From: Candidatus Oxydemutatoraceae bacterium
GTDB lineage: Bacteria; Pseudomonadota; Gammaproteobacteria; Poriferisulfidales; Oxydemutatoraceae
Direction: 5' to 3'
NCBI GenBank assembly: GCA_965220085.1
Contig: CBDCOZ010000003.1
Coordinates: 992,001-1,056,000 of the forward strand
Length of the DNA: 64,000 nucleotides
Position numbers and translations under genes: made by a program. Under the pieces are notes generated by a model. The model was given only the letters and a program-made list of their open reading frames with translations. It was not told where the DNA came from and ran no database searches. Positions 45,201 through 56,960 of the stretch are shown in pieces; position 1 is the stretch's first letter, and each line of letters opens with the position of its first letter.

Positions 45201-45783
45201 ATTTTCCGACTTGGATGAGAGGAAGGAATACATTGACTCCCAGCACGCGGATCTGACCTCCGCTCTGGAGACCCTGGAAAAGGCGATGACCAAATTGGAT
45301 CGGGAAAGCAGAGAGCGGTTCAAAAACACATTCAATGATATCAACGCTCGCTTGGAAGAGCGGTTCGCCAAACTGTTCGGCGGCGGCAGCGCCCACCTTG
45401 AGTTGTTGGAAAACGATTGGCTGAAAAGCGGGGTCGCGGTGATGGTACGCCCGCCGGGCAAACGCCTGTCGTCCATCAAGTTATTGTCCGGCGGCGAAAA
45501 AGCGCTCGCTGCGATGGCGGTGGTCTTTACGATATTTGACCTCAACCCGGCTCCGTTTTGCATGCTGGATGAGGTCGATGCGCCGCTGGACGAAACCAAT
45601 GTCACGCGTTTTTGCGAAGTGGTGCGGGAGATGAGCCAGCGTGTGCAGTTTATTGTCATCACGCACAATCGCCTGACGATGGAGAGCATGTCGTGCTTGA
45701 TCGGCGTGACGATGGGAGAGCCCGGGGTCTCGCGCTTGGTATCGGTCAATGTGGACGAAGCGGCGGCGATGGTCGGCGAATGA
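42298..45783 (+). CDS. smc: Chromosome segregation protein SMC
   Basis: GFKSF, GPNGCGKSN, coiled coils with hinge, LSGGEK and LDEVDAPLD motifs. Confidence 0.97.
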   Translation: MKVKKVKLTGFKSFVDSTTMEITSGMTGIVGPNGCGKSNIIDAVRWLMGQSARNIRATNVEDVIFNGTSARKPVGQASVELVFGNEDGSFGGRYASFGEISVKRTADRARDSKYFINNVRCRRRDVADLFLGTGLGTHSYALVEQGMISRIIEADPKEMRRYVEEAAGISKYHERRREAEIRIRHTRENLDRLLDIREEVTKQLDKLKRQAKSAQKFKELRLEKDKISATIAALELRAHKEKCDDCERQLSDLRVEVERERAQLRGNEAETEEKRVGQTESNRKLNEIREEFYRLNASVGGVEQDIANRRKNAEQIKAEVAAVAEALRKCEEKIREQESKHARTKTKLSETEEEAAAANSELAEIDKRLKDEEDAFAKASREWERQHSDASEANEALEVSAIKADYCDRELEEIARQEKELKESRAGLDADGLKRQVADLYEYRNTCRADIDKRAEQISDLQNAVAACRKELNEAEQASADSRQKLHEVREQLASLKALQDADGGEAFSKWLMRHDLAEAPRLATKLELDQKWATAVETVLGNLLTAVEVDSLERYAKDIGQSDLDMLVMFEKTEDVKGEERSLASKVKTDCGINSLLGQIVLADDLEQALAMRKDFSSRQSAVTPDGFWVGHNWIRAHRQSDKKKSILARQHIIDELNGQYKELGEQAKSCEEEGGRVKAKLADNENRLEQTQKERLDLLDRTSAAEADWRRAEVKLDHAQDMLAELDDKEVQLSEWRKSIEAQRAEHVKLRDELMGSASVQSANRSTIKNTYLESEKKVAALRESLRLAQDTLHKIEIERHSLTTLAASLGESLNHLRHQKEELSARRQSLVNTEKDFHDPIESKRGELKRLIEQRQECEEKVREKTAELDMLQRETDTLERQRRDIETLHGELLEKRGKIQVDLREGRMRSEDAEERIKALDMSADEIEKELTDEDSLDSLQEKLTKTERRIDRLGPINLVADQEFSDLDERKEYIDSQHADLTSALETLEKAMTKLDRESRERFKNTFNDINARLEERFAKLFGGGSAHLELLENDWLKSGVAVMVRPPGKRLSSIKLLSGGEKALAAMAVVFTIFDLNPAPFCMLDEVDAPLDETNVTRFCEVVREMSQRVQFIVITHNRLTMESMSCLIGVTMGEPGVSRLVSVNVDEAAAMVGE

Positions 45784-46439
45784 TGAACGCTTTGCCTTGG
45801 ATATTGCTGTTCATCGGCGTGGCGATCGTGATTGCGGTCTATCTGCACGCGCGATACCAGAGCGCGCGCAAAGACGATGCAACGCCCGCCGCAAAGCGCG
45901 CCGCAAAGCGCGCCGATCGCGAGATTTCGGAGGTGGAAACACTGGCGGTCGATGTGCCGTCGCAACCGCATTCGCTTCCGGCTCTGATATCCGATGACGA
46001 CGATGAAAAGACCGCCCGAGAAGAGGTCTTCATAATCTTGCATATTCGCGCGCGCGCCAACGAAGAATGGAGCGGCGATAAGATCATCCAATGCGCGGTT
46101 CGCGCCGGCTTGGAGTGCGGCGATAAGAATGTGTTTGAATGCTACGGCGACAAGGACGAAGCGCGCGGTCGCAAGCCTGTTTTTTACATCGCCAATTTCG
46201 TAAACCCCGGAACCTTTGATTGGGAAAACATGTCGCAGTTCAAGACCAAGGGCATGAGTTTGTTCATGCGTTTGCCGGGTCCGTGCGCGGCTGCCGACGG
46301 CTTTGAGAAGATGCTTGCTTGTTGCGGCTACATGGCCGACAAACTGGGCGCCGACATACTCAACAGCGAACGGGCGCCGCTGACCGACGAGCGCTTGCAA
46401 GAGATGCGCAAAATTTGCAAAGACTTTGATACGGAATAA
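45780..46439 (+). CDS. zipA: Cell division protein ZipA-like
   Basis: N-terminal TM; FYIANFVNPGTFD and GMSLFMRLPGP in the C-terminal domain; smc-zipA-ligA order. Confidence 0.8.
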   Translation: MMNALPWILLFIGVAIVIAVYLHARYQSARKDDATPAAKRAAKRADREISEVETLAVDVPSQPHSLPALISDDDDEKTAREEVFIILHIRARANEEWSGDKIIQCAVRAGLECGDKNVFECYGDKDEARGRKPVFYIANFVNPGTFDWENMSQFKTKGMSLFMRLPGPCAAADGFEKMLACCGYMADKLGADILNSERAPLTDERLQEMRKICKDFDTE

Positions 46440-48873
<2,434 letters not shown>

Positions 48874-48884
48874 GGCGATAGCGG

Positions 48885-49751
48885 CTAGGATGCGCCGCCT
48901 ATCCGTCTTTGCATTTTCGCCGCCAGTATGGTGTTTCTTATCAGGCAAGCGACAGTCATCGGCCCGGTTCCGCCCGGCATCGGCGTGATCGCTCCGGCGA
49001 CTTTCGCGACCTCATCAAACAGCACATCGCCGTATATCTTGTCCCCCTTGCGCGTGATACCGACGTCAAAAACAGCGGCTCCGGGTTTGACATATTCGGC
49101 TGTCACAAGTTCGGGCATACCGCAGGCGGCGACGAGAATATCGGCGCGCCGGCAGACGTGAGGCAGTTGCTTCGTAGCCGAATGGCAGATCGTGACAGTG
49201 CAATCCGTTCCCTTGCGCCCCAGCAGCAGCGCCAGCGGAAGGCCGACCAAGTGCGAGCGCCCGATGACCGTCGCATTGCGCCCCTCGGTCGGTATGTCAT
49301 AGCGCTTGATCAGCTCCATCACCCCAAGCGGCGTGCAGGGCGACAAGCCGCCGCTATTGTTCAGCAAGCGTCCGAGGTTGTCGGCGCCAAGCCCGTCGAC
49401 ATCTTTGAGCGGCGGGATCAGATCAAGTATCGGCGCGACCTCAAGGTGTTTCGGCAACGGCAGTTGCAGCAAGATACCGTGCACGGTGTCATCGCGCGCC
49501 AGTTGCCGGATGGCATTTTCAACCGCATCTTGCGGCGCATCGTCGGGCAGTTCTATCAGGCGCGGTATCAGCCCTGTCTGCGCCGCCATTTTCAGTTTCA
49601 GGCCGATATAGACCCGGCTGGGAGGATAGTCGCCGACCAGAACAGTCGCCAGCGTTATCTCGCTATTGCCGCTGCGAGCGATATCGCTTGCTAATTCCGC
49701 GATGATCTTCTCTGCCGTACGTTTGCCGTCGAGCAGAATCGCCTCTTGCAT
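48885..49751 (-). CDS. folD: Methylene-THF dehydrogenase/cyclohydrolase
   Basis: GILLQLPLP, KDVDG, PCTPLG, GRSHLVG and TPMPGGTGPMTVA motifs. Confidence 0.95.
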   Translation of the reverse strand: MQEAILLDGKRTAEKIIAELASDIARSGNSEITLATVLVGDYPPSRVYIGLKLKMAAQTGLIPRLIELPDDAPQDAVENAIRQLARDDTVHGILLQLPLPKHLEVAPILDLIPPLKDVDGLGADNLGRLLNNSGGLSPCTPLGVMELIKRYDIPTEGRNATVIGRSHLVGLPLALLLGRKGTDCTVTICHSATKQLPHVCRRADILVAACGMPELVTAEYVKPGAAVFDVGITRKGDKIYGDVLFDEVAKVAGAITPMPGGTGPMTVACLIRNTILAAKMQRRIGGAS

Positions 49752-49757
49752 CGTCCG

Positions 49758-50684
49758 CTATTCGCTTGCCGGTTGCTTGTCGGGATGCAGGTAGATAAAG
49801 CTCTTGCCGAGCCGCCCGCCGTAATTGCCGGCTGATATCATCAGCAGGTCGGGCGTGTCTTTTGCCGCATGGATAGCCGCCTGCGTGGCTTCAATGATGC
49901 AATCTATGCCATGCCCGTTCATGATGATTTCCATCACCGAGCCGACCCCCTCGGGCAACCCTTTTTCAACGCTCGGATCATCCTGCAACATCGGGCAGAA
50001 CTTTTCATAGGTGCTGGCAATGGAGAATTCATATTTGCTGCCGGCCTTTGAGCCGCTGCTGGCGATTCCGCCGGGAAAGGCGCAGATGACGCCGGCGACC
50101 GGCGCGATCGCGTCGACGCCTTTTTCCGCGGCGGCCAACGCGGATGTGGCATCCTTGCCAAAGAACCACAGGTTGCCCCCCATCAGCCCTTCGCGATAAC
50201 CGAGGCGCCGCTCCATCACGAACTCGCCGCCCAAAGTCGGTATCTGCCACATTTTGCGCCCATACCGCTCTATGCGCTTCTGATAACCGTTGCCGAAATA
50301 GGCGACCTTGCGCCCCATCTGATAATACGTATCCGAATCTGCCGCATTGAAGCACGAGGCGGTAGGGCAGGTCAGAATGTTCTGACTGATGCGCACCAGA
50401 GCCACCCGTTCCAGTTTGGGCACACGGTCTTTCCAGAATCTCGGCACATGGAATTGAACCAGCGCGCCCGGGCGTCCGTCCGGAGTGGTCACGCTGGCAT
50501 CGCCGCCGGGGCCGACATAGCGATCCAAGCCCGCTTCGCAGTCGCACAGAATCGTGCTGGACGCATTGCCGGCGCACGCATGAATCGCATGGTCAAGCCA
50601 CTTCCTGTTGTCGGCGGTAATCAGAACCTCGGTGTAGAGGCTCTTAAAAGCTTCGGCATAAGTATCGTCTATGATCGCCGCCAT
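49758..50684 (-). CDS. Formylmethanofuran:H4MPT formyltransferase homolog (Ftr/FhcD family)
   Basis: IDDTYAEAF, CDCEAG, TPDGRPG, QNILTCPT, GGNLW, SGSKAGS and SAGNYGGRLG motifs; TGATG overlap with the upstream gene. Confidence 0.9.
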   Translation of the reverse strand: MAAIIDDTYAEAFKSLYTEVLITADNRKWLDHAIHACAGNASSTILCDCEAGLDRYVGPGGDASVTTPDGRPGALVQFHVPRFWKDRVPKLERVALVRISQNILTCPTASCFNAADSDTYYQMGRKVAYFGNGYQKRIERYGRKMWQIPTLGGEFVMERRLGYREGLMGGNLWFFGKDATSALAAAEKGVDAIAPVAGVICAFPGGIASSGSKAGSKYEFSIASTYEKFCPMLQDDPSVEKGLPEGVGSVMEIIMNGHGIDCIIEATQAAIHAAKDTPDLLMISAGNYGGRLGKSFIYLHPDKQPASE

Positions 50685-51316
50685 CAATCTCTCCCTTTGC
50701 CCTGATAGATTTCCTTTTCGGTGATCACTTTGTCCATGAAGACATCGTGCGGCCCGACCAGAATTTCCTCAAACAACTGGGCTTCGTAACAAATGGCAAT
50801 CAGCGGACAGTCGGGGCGGACTTTTTCCAACAAGCGGTCATAGTAGCCCTGACCGTTGCCCATCCGCCCGCCGGCGGGGTCAAAGCCGACGCCGGGGACC
50901 ATGACGATATCCAGCGCGGCCGGCTCGGCTTCCTTCTCCGGATTGCCCCACAGTTCGCGCGGCGGCTCCAGGATGCTCCACTTGCCGACGACCAACTCGT
51001 CAAAGTCTTCAAGCCGCCACAAACCCAGTTTGTTATCGCCGTTCTCGTCTTCGGTACAGTAAGGCACGATGATGGTTTTCTCGCCTTTCTCCACTTCCTG
51101 TCGCAGGTGTTTTTTCGTGCGGGTCTCGGAACGGCAATCTATGTACCACATCGCCACCTTGGCTTTTTGGTATTCGGGCAAGGCGATAAATTTTTCGCAA
51201 ATTCCCTCGCTGATGTTGTCTTTGTCTTCTTGCGCGGCGCGCGCATCATACGCTTTTCTGCGCATCGCATTTTTCTTTTCCATCAATTTTTCAAGTTCTT
51301 CGGGTGACAATGGCAT
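50684..51316 (-). CDS. 5-formyltetrahydrofolate cyclo-ligase family protein
   Basis: ILEP, VPGVGFD..GGRMGNGQGYYDRLL and HDVFMD motifs. Confidence 0.9.
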   Translation of the reverse strand: MPLSPEELEKLMEKKNAMRRKAYDARAAQEDKDNISEGICEKFIALPEYQKAKVAMWYIDCRSETRTKKHLRQEVEKGEKTIIVPYCTEDENGDNKLGLWRLEDFDELVVGKWSILEPPRELWGNPEKEAEPAALDIVMVPGVGFDPAGGRMGNGQGYYDRLLEKVRPDCPLIAICYEAQLFEEILVGPHDVFMDKVITEKEIYQGKGRD

Positions 51317-51489
51317 GGTTGCATACTCCTTATAAAAGTTATCTAAGTAATGGGGTGAAAAGTTTGGTCTGCGGATTATAGCAAATTTTCCGATTGCAAG
51401 TCGCGCTCATTTTTTCGCTCGCCGATGGCCGCATATCCGTTGCGCATAAGGCGAGCGACCGCCGAGCGAACAGCGGCAAAATCGCCTCG

Positions 51490-53163
51490 TCAATCGGTGA
51501 TGGCCCCCTCGGACGCCGAGCGCACCAGCCGCGCGTACTTAGCCAGCGCCCCGTTGCGATAACGCAACGGCGGCGGCTTCCACGCCTTGAGTCGGCGTTT
51601 TATCTCGGCCTGCGGCAGTTTCAAGTCTATCGTGCGCCGCAGCGCATCGATTGTAATCTGGTCGCCGTTGCGCACGATGGCAAGCGGTCCGCCGAGCGCC
51701 GCTTCGGGCGTGATATGCCCGACGACAAAGCCGTGGCTGCCGCCGGAAAAACGACCGTCTGTAATCAGCGCGACCTCGGCGCCGAGCCCAAGCCCCATGA
51801 CAGCCGACGTCGGCGCGAGCATCTCGCGCATGCCGGGCCCGCCTTTGGGGCCTTCGTAGCGAATGACGATCACATGCCCGGGTTTGATCTTGTTGCCCAA
51901 GATATCTTTGAGCGCGGCCTCCTCGGACGCAAACACGCGAGCGCTGCCCGCAAAGCGCTGGCCTTCCTTGCCGGTAATCTTGGCCACCGCGCCTTCGGGC
52001 GCCAAGTTGCCGCGCAAGATGACGAAATGCCCGTCTTTTTTAATCGGCCTGTTGAACGGGCGGATGATTTTTTGTGTGCGCGGATAGGGCCGCGCCGAGC
52101 GCAGACTGTCGGCGAGCGTCTCGCCCGTGACGGTCAGGCAATCGCCGTGCAAAAGTTTTTTGTCGAGCAACCGCTTCATCAGCGGGCGGATGCCGCCGAT
52201 GCGCACCAACTCGGACATGACATAGCGCCCGCTCGGTTTGAGGTCGGCCAACACCGGCGTGCGCCGTCCGATGCGTGAGAACGCATCCAAGCTTAGTTTG
52301 ATGCCGCAAGCGCGCGCCATCGCGATCAGATGCAAGACGGCGTTGGTAGACCCCCCCAATGCGGTGACAACGGTGATGGCATTTTCAAACGCTTTGCGCG
52401 TCATGATATCGCGCGGGCGGATATTTTTTTCTATCATTCGCGCGACGATCTTGCCTGCCGCCGCGCAGTCATTGATTTTTTGCTTTGAGACGGCGTTTTG
52501 CGCCGAACTGCCGGGCGGACTCATGCCCATCGCCTCGATGGCGGAAGCCATCGTGTTCGCGGTGTACATCCCGCCGCACGAGCCCGGCCCCGGAATCGCG
52601 CGCGACTCTATCTCGTGCAACTCGCCGGCATCAATTTCCCCGCGCGCCCGCGCCCCGACCGCTTCAAATACGCTGACGATATCCACCTTTTTCCGCCCGA
52701 TCTGTCCGGGCATGATCGTGCCGCCATAGACAAAGACCGCCGGTCGGTTGAGGCGGGCGATGGCCATCATGCACGCAGGCATGTTCTTGTCACATCCGCC
52801 GATTGTGACCAGACCGTCAAAACCTTCGCAGGCGGTGACCGCTTCGATGGAGTCGGCGATAATTTCGCGCGACACCAGCGAATATTTCATGCCTTCGGTG
52901 CCCATGGAGATGCCGTCGGATACCGTAATCGTATTGAACGTGACCGCCTTGCAGCCGTTGCGATCGACACTGCGCGCGGTTTCCTCGGCGAGCCGGTTGA
53001 TGTGCATATTGCACGGCGTCACCTCGCTCCAGGTCGAAGCGATGCCGACCTGCGGTTTGCCAAAATCCTTGTCGGCGAACCCGACCGCCCGCAACATCGC
53101 GCGGCTCGGCGCACGTTCATACCCGTCGACGACGGGTGAGGAGAATATACGTTCTTTTTTCAT
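51490..53163 (-). CDS. ilvD: Dihydroxy-acid dehydratase
   Basis: TPCNMH, SDGISMG, GGCDKN, GGSTNAVLH and TDGRFSGG motifs. Confidence 0.96.
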   Translation of the reverse strand: MKKERIFSSPVVDGYERAPSRAMLRAVGFADKDFGKPQVGIASTWSEVTPCNMHINRLAEETARSVDRNGCKAVTFNTITVSDGISMGTEGMKYSLVSREIIADSIEAVTACEGFDGLVTIGGCDKNMPACMMAIARLNRPAVFVYGGTIMPGQIGRKKVDIVSVFEAVGARARGEIDAGELHEIESRAIPGPGSCGGMYTANTMASAIEAMGMSPPGSSAQNAVSKQKINDCAAAGKIVARMIEKNIRPRDIMTRKAFENAITVVTALGGSTNAVLHLIAMARACGIKLSLDAFSRIGRRTPVLADLKPSGRYVMSELVRIGGIRPLMKRLLDKKLLHGDCLTVTGETLADSLRSARPYPRTQKIIRPFNRPIKKDGHFVILRGNLAPEGAVAKITGKEGQRFAGSARVFASEEAALKDILGNKIKPGHVIVIRYEGPKGGPGMREMLAPTSAVMGLGLGAEVALITDGRFSGGSHGFVVGHITPEAALGGPLAIVRNGDQITIDALRRTIDLKLPQAEIKRRLKAWKPPPLRYRNGALAKYARLVRSASEGAITD

Positions 53164-53179
53164 GGGGATGTATTTTACA

Positions 53180-54340
53180 TTATCGGTCAAAAGCGAGTCT
53201 GACGCCGGCGAATATATGCCGTTTTTCGCGCGTGTGAAAATTCCTAAAACTAATCCTGCGGCACTCCGCCTCGCTGAAGCGGCTGGCCCCGCGCAAAGCA
53301 TAGTGCTTGTCGTCAAAAGCGGGGATGGAATATTCGGGATAAGGGAAAGGGCGGAAGTCGGGGTAGGGGTGGAAGGTGTTGTCGCACCACTCCCAAACAC
53401 AGTGCATTTTCTCAAGTTGCCCCGTATGCGCCGCTATTTCCCACTCGTATTCGTGCGGCAGGCGCGCGTTCGCATAGGCGGCAAACGCGCGCGCCTCGTA
53501 ATGGCTTATGCCGTGCACCGGCTCATCGGGCGCCAACGGGCGGCTGCCGTCGCAATGCGTTTGATGCCAACTCCCCCGCGCATCGCAAAACCACCCGTCG
53601 GGGGCGCTCACCTTGGCGGCGGCCAGCCAGCGGCGGCCGTTGCGGTCCCAATGCTCCGTGTTCCGATAGCCGCCGGCGCGGATGAAGGCGAGGTACTGCG
53701 CGTTGGTCACCGGCGTCCGGTTGATCGCAAACGCCTTCGGCGCCACCTCCTGTTGCGGCAACTCATTGTCAAAAGACCAATTATCGTTGCCGCCGACACG
53801 GGTCTGTTGGTGGTTGCCAAAGCAAACCGGCGCGTGTGTGATCGCAGCGGCCTGTGTCAGCCCCTTGCCGGCGCGGCCGCCGCCCTTGCGCGCAAACATC
53901 TGCGTCTTGATCATGCGCATCGTTTCAATGTGTTGCGCGTGATGCTGAATCAGGAACTTGAGCAAATAGTCCTGTCGCATCAACTCGTGCCGCAACAGTT
54001 TTGACGGCGCGGCTTTGAACAAAGCGATATTGTCTTGTTGCTTTTTGCGAATCTGTCGCAGCGCGTCATTCTTCGGCGGCAACTGTCCGCCGCGCTCGGA
54101 GTGCGGGCAATTTTCCGGAATGTACAGCCCCGACAGCGCCGTATCCGCCGGTTGCGCCTCCAGCACGCGCTCGCGCAACCACAGATTCTCTACGAACAAA
54201 GTGTGTCCGACATGCCAGCCGAGCGGACTCAAATGGTCGTGATAGCGATTGCGATACTCATCGTCGCTGACCCCCCGCAGCATGCCGATGAGCGTCGCAT
54301 GGATGGCGCCCAAGCGCGCGGTCAGCCGGTCGCGGTTCAT
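53180..54340 (-). CDS. egtB: EgtB-like sulfoxide synthase (DinB plus FGE-sulfatase domains)
   Basis: SPLGWHVGH, QHHAQHIETM, RLPHEYEWE and FRNFH...HIFAGVRLA motifs; adjacent to egtC. Confidence 0.8.
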   Translation of the reverse strand: MNRDRLTARLGAIHATLIGMLRGVSDDEYRNRYHDHLSPLGWHVGHTLFVENLWLRERVLEAQPADTALSGLYIPENCPHSERGGQLPPKNDALRQIRKKQQDNIALFKAAPSKLLRHELMRQDYLLKFLIQHHAQHIETMRMIKTQMFARKGGGRAGKGLTQAAAITHAPVCFGNHQQTRVGGNDNWSFDNELPQQEVAPKAFAINRTPVTNAQYLAFIRAGGYRNTEHWDRNGRRWLAAAKVSAPDGWFCDARGSWHQTHCDGSRPLAPDEPVHGISHYEARAFAAYANARLPHEYEWEIAAHTGQLEKMHCVWEWCDNTFHPYPDFRPFPYPEYSIPAFDDKHYALRGASRFSEAECRRISFRNFHTREKRHIFAGVRLAFDR

Positions 54341-55101
54341 AGCTTTATGACCCGCGCGGGTCGGTTGCGCTCGGCAATGAGGATGCTGTCTTCCGGCACC
54401 GCCTCCCACGCGGCGGAATCCGTCATGCGCTCGGAGGCGACGGTATGCGCGCCGGCCTCGTAATGCGCATACATCGTCAGCGCCGGCCCGCCGACGGCGG
54501 CGCGCATCACAAACAGCCTGTCGGCCTCGCTGACAATAAAATTCAGAAACGCCTCGCGTGTGCCGCGGCTGCGCAGCCACCGCCACGCCTTTTGCAGGGC
54601 ATCGGCGACGGTGTCGCCGGGGGCCTCGCGCAGGCATTGCCGAATGAGCGCGACGAGGTATTCCGAGTCGGTCAAACCGCCGATGCCCGCCGCGATATCC
54701 GGCTCCAGTATCTTGAGTATCTCGTGGCGCAGGCTGCGGCGGAAATCCGTGACAAAGCCGTTGTGGACATAGAGCCTGCCGCGGTCGCAAAAAGGCTGGC
54801 TGTTCTGCAGGCTGTTGTCAAAGCCCTCGGTGGCGCTTCGCACCATCGCAACCCACAGGTCGCGCTCCAGAGCGCTTGCCAGCCCCGCGAGGTTGCTATC
54901 GCTCCAGATCGGCATGGGGTTGCGATATGTCGCCGGCGCGCCGTCGTCTTGGTACCAACCGAAACCGAAGCCGTCGGCATTGAGTTTGGCGTAGCGGAGC
55001 TCTTTGGGCGCCCACGACTGAAGGTAGAGGCTGTGCTCGGGGGCGATGAGAAAATCCTTGAGCGGCAAGGGGTTTCCCAGATATGCTGCGAGACGACACA
55101 T
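54337..55101 (-). CDS. egtC: EgtC-like class II glutamine amidotransferase (Ntn hydrolase)
   Basis: MCRLAAYLG, NADGFGFGWY, VRSAT, HNG and TDSE motifs. Confidence 0.85.
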   Translation of the reverse strand: MCRLAAYLGNPLPLKDFLIAPEHSLYLQSWAPKELRYAKLNADGFGFGWYQDDGAPATYRNPMPIWSDSNLAGLASALERDLWVAMVRSATEGFDNSLQNSQPFCDRGRLYVHNGFVTDFRRSLRHEILKILEPDIAAGIGGLTDSEYLVALIRQCLREAPGDTVADALQKAWRWLRSRGTREAFLNFIVSEADRLFVMRAAVGGPALTMYAHYEAGAHTVASERMTDSAAWEAVPEDSILIAERNRPARVIKL

Positions 55102-55174
55102 GGTTTGGCAAATCTGCGGAGTATGGAGTATGGGGAGTATGAAAAGAGTTATACCCGACTCGGAAGTGTGAGAA

Positions 55175-55200
55175 CCGACTCCCGCGCAAGGGAGCGCCGG
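55175..55200 (-). terminator. Hairpin just downstream of the adhesin-like gene
   Basis: CTCCC-gcgcaa-GGGAG stem; a paralogous CTCCC-tcgcg-GGGAG occurs near 59334-59348; no clear U-tract. Confidence 0.35.
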
Positions 55201-55210
55201 TCAGCGGATG

Positions 55211-56824
55211 CTATCGCAACGGCCCTTCCAAGAAGAGGCGCAGGCGCAAGCGTATATCAACCCCCAGGTGGATGGTCATCGTATAGGTTTCTGTGCTGTC
55301 TGCGGCGCCATCGTGTACTGTGAAGGTGAAACTGGCGAAGTCGGAGGCGGCGCGGGCGCCAGTCGGGGGATACCAAGTGAAAGTGCCATCCTCCAGATTG
55401 GCAGCGGTCACCGAGGCGCCGTTGGCCACTGCGGTACCGCCATTGCGCAAGGTGCCGGTGCCGGGTGCTATGGTCTCAATGATGGTGATCGCGACCAAGG
55501 CCGCGTTGTTATCATCATCCATGAACGGGAAGTCGGAGACCTTGAAGACGAAGGGCTCGGCTGAGGTTGTGGTTGTGGGCACCTTCACCGAATTGTCGGC
55601 GCTGGTAGGGGCATCGTTGACATTGGCGATGATGTTGCCTGTGGTGCAGCGTCGCTCGCTGTTGGGCGGCGTGAAGTTGTCCTCAAAGGATACGCACACC
55701 CGCACAAACTTGTCGACATGCGCCTGCAACGGCGTGAAAGTGGCGGCGGTGGCCCCGCCAATATCGGCGTAGTTGGGGGGCGCGTCATTGCCCGGAGGAT
55801 CAGCCTGTTGCCATTGCCAGGCGATGGTGGAGCGGTTAATACCAGCATTTCCGTCTGCGACAGTGCCGGTGGTTGCGGTGTGGGTCACATCCTCGTTCCA
55901 GACTGTGCTACCCGCGGGTACCTCCACAGCGGGCAGACCGATGGCCTCCACCTGCGTCGTCGGCCACACCAGGTCTATGGTGATGGTGGCGGAATTGGAA
56001 CTGTCACCAACATCAAGGAAAGTGCCAGCCCGCACAGTGCGCACTCTGAAATCAAAGCTAGTATAGTTGGCCATGGGTGCAGTGACATCATCGGGAAGGA
56101 GGTAGGTCAGGCCCCTGAAAGGGCCTGAAGTTGTCAGACCTGCCTTGGACACTACCGTGTTTGGGGCAAGTACCCTGCTTGATCCCGCATGCAGAGTGCC
56201 TCTGGCGGGTACAGTGGTCAGAGTTATGCGCTCCAGAGTAGCATTGCTATCTTCATCGCTAAAGAGGAAGACATCATCAAACGGGAGTATATAGTAACCA
56301 CCCGTTATAGGCACAGAGATGGTGTTGGGTAGCGCAACCGGGTCATCATTGACATTGGCCACAGCGGTGGCTATCTGCAGGCATCGCTCCTCCTCATTGG
56401 GGGTGGTGGCCATATCCATGAACGACGCGCAGACCTGCAGAAACTTGCCCACCTCATCATCGCCCGGAGTGAATGCGGCATTGGTCGCGCCGGCTATGTC
56501 GGTGTAAGTGCCGCCGTTGGTGTTGGCCGCACTCCATTGCCAGCTGAGGGTGCCCAGGCCATCGGGGTCGGCTATGGTGCCCTGAGCCGCGGTGATGGCG
56601 GAGTCCTCAGTGGGGGTGTTGCCACTGGCGTAGGTGACGGCGGGTGTGCCGGTGGCCGGGCTGTTGGTCTGCGCCTGGGCCGGGTTTGCATACGGCAATG
56701 CAATCAGGGCGAGCAACATCAGCGACCACAGACTCCCGCGGATTCGTGTTGCCCACCATTGCGCGGGAGTCATATCGAAAATTTGACAGATCATATCTAC
56801 GGTTTTAATAACGACATGTTTCAT
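55211..56824 (-). CDS. Secreted adhesin-like protein with two Ig-like plus cadherin-like modules and a C-terminal RLRLRLFLEGPLR tail
   Basis: Signal peptide ending AQA; repeated WQW...Y.DI.GAT.A.FTP...V.KF..VC.SF.D...RC...ANVND.P module; SFTFTVHDG. Confidence 0.7.
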   Translation of the reverse strand: MKHVVIKTVDMICQIFDMTPAQWWATRIRGSLWSLMLLALIALPYANPAQAQTNSPATGTPAVTYASGNTPTEDSAITAAQGTIADPDGLGTLSWQWSAANTNGGTYTDIAGATNAAFTPGDDEVGKFLQVCASFMDMATTPNEEERCLQIATAVANVNDDPVALPNTISVPITGGYYILPFDDVFLFSDEDSNATLERITLTTVPARGTLHAGSSRVLAPNTVVSKAGLTTSGPFRGLTYLLPDDVTAPMANYTSFDFRVRTVRAGTFLDVGDSSNSATITIDLVWPTTQVEAIGLPAVEVPAGSTVWNEDVTHTATTGTVADGNAGINRSTIAWQWQQADPPGNDAPPNYADIGGATAATFTPLQAHVDKFVRVCVSFEDNFTPPNSERRCTTGNIIANVNDAPTSADNSVKVPTTTTSAEPFVFKVSDFPFMDDDNNAALVAITIIETIAPGTGTLRNGGTAVANGASVTAANLEDGTFTWYPPTGARAASDFASFTFTVHDGAADSTETYTMTIHLGVDIRLRLRLFLEGPLR

Positions 56825-56960
56825 GCATGCACGATTAGTGCCCTACTATACCATAAAACGCGCGTCATCCGCTCATGTCTTTGTATCTTGCCGCATCCCT
56901 TGTGCGCACAGCACACGAACCCAATCGCCTTGGACCGCTCATGCCTTTGTATCCTGCCGC

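Noticed and set aside
53180-54340. Selenoneine (senA) or ovothiol (ovoA) assignment
   Set aside because: No senB/selD neighbours and no C-terminal methyltransferase domain; the egtC and egtD context favours ergothioneine.
55118-55143. Three short GGAGTAT repeats upstream of egtC
   Set aside because: Too short to support a function; possibly an island-edge scar.
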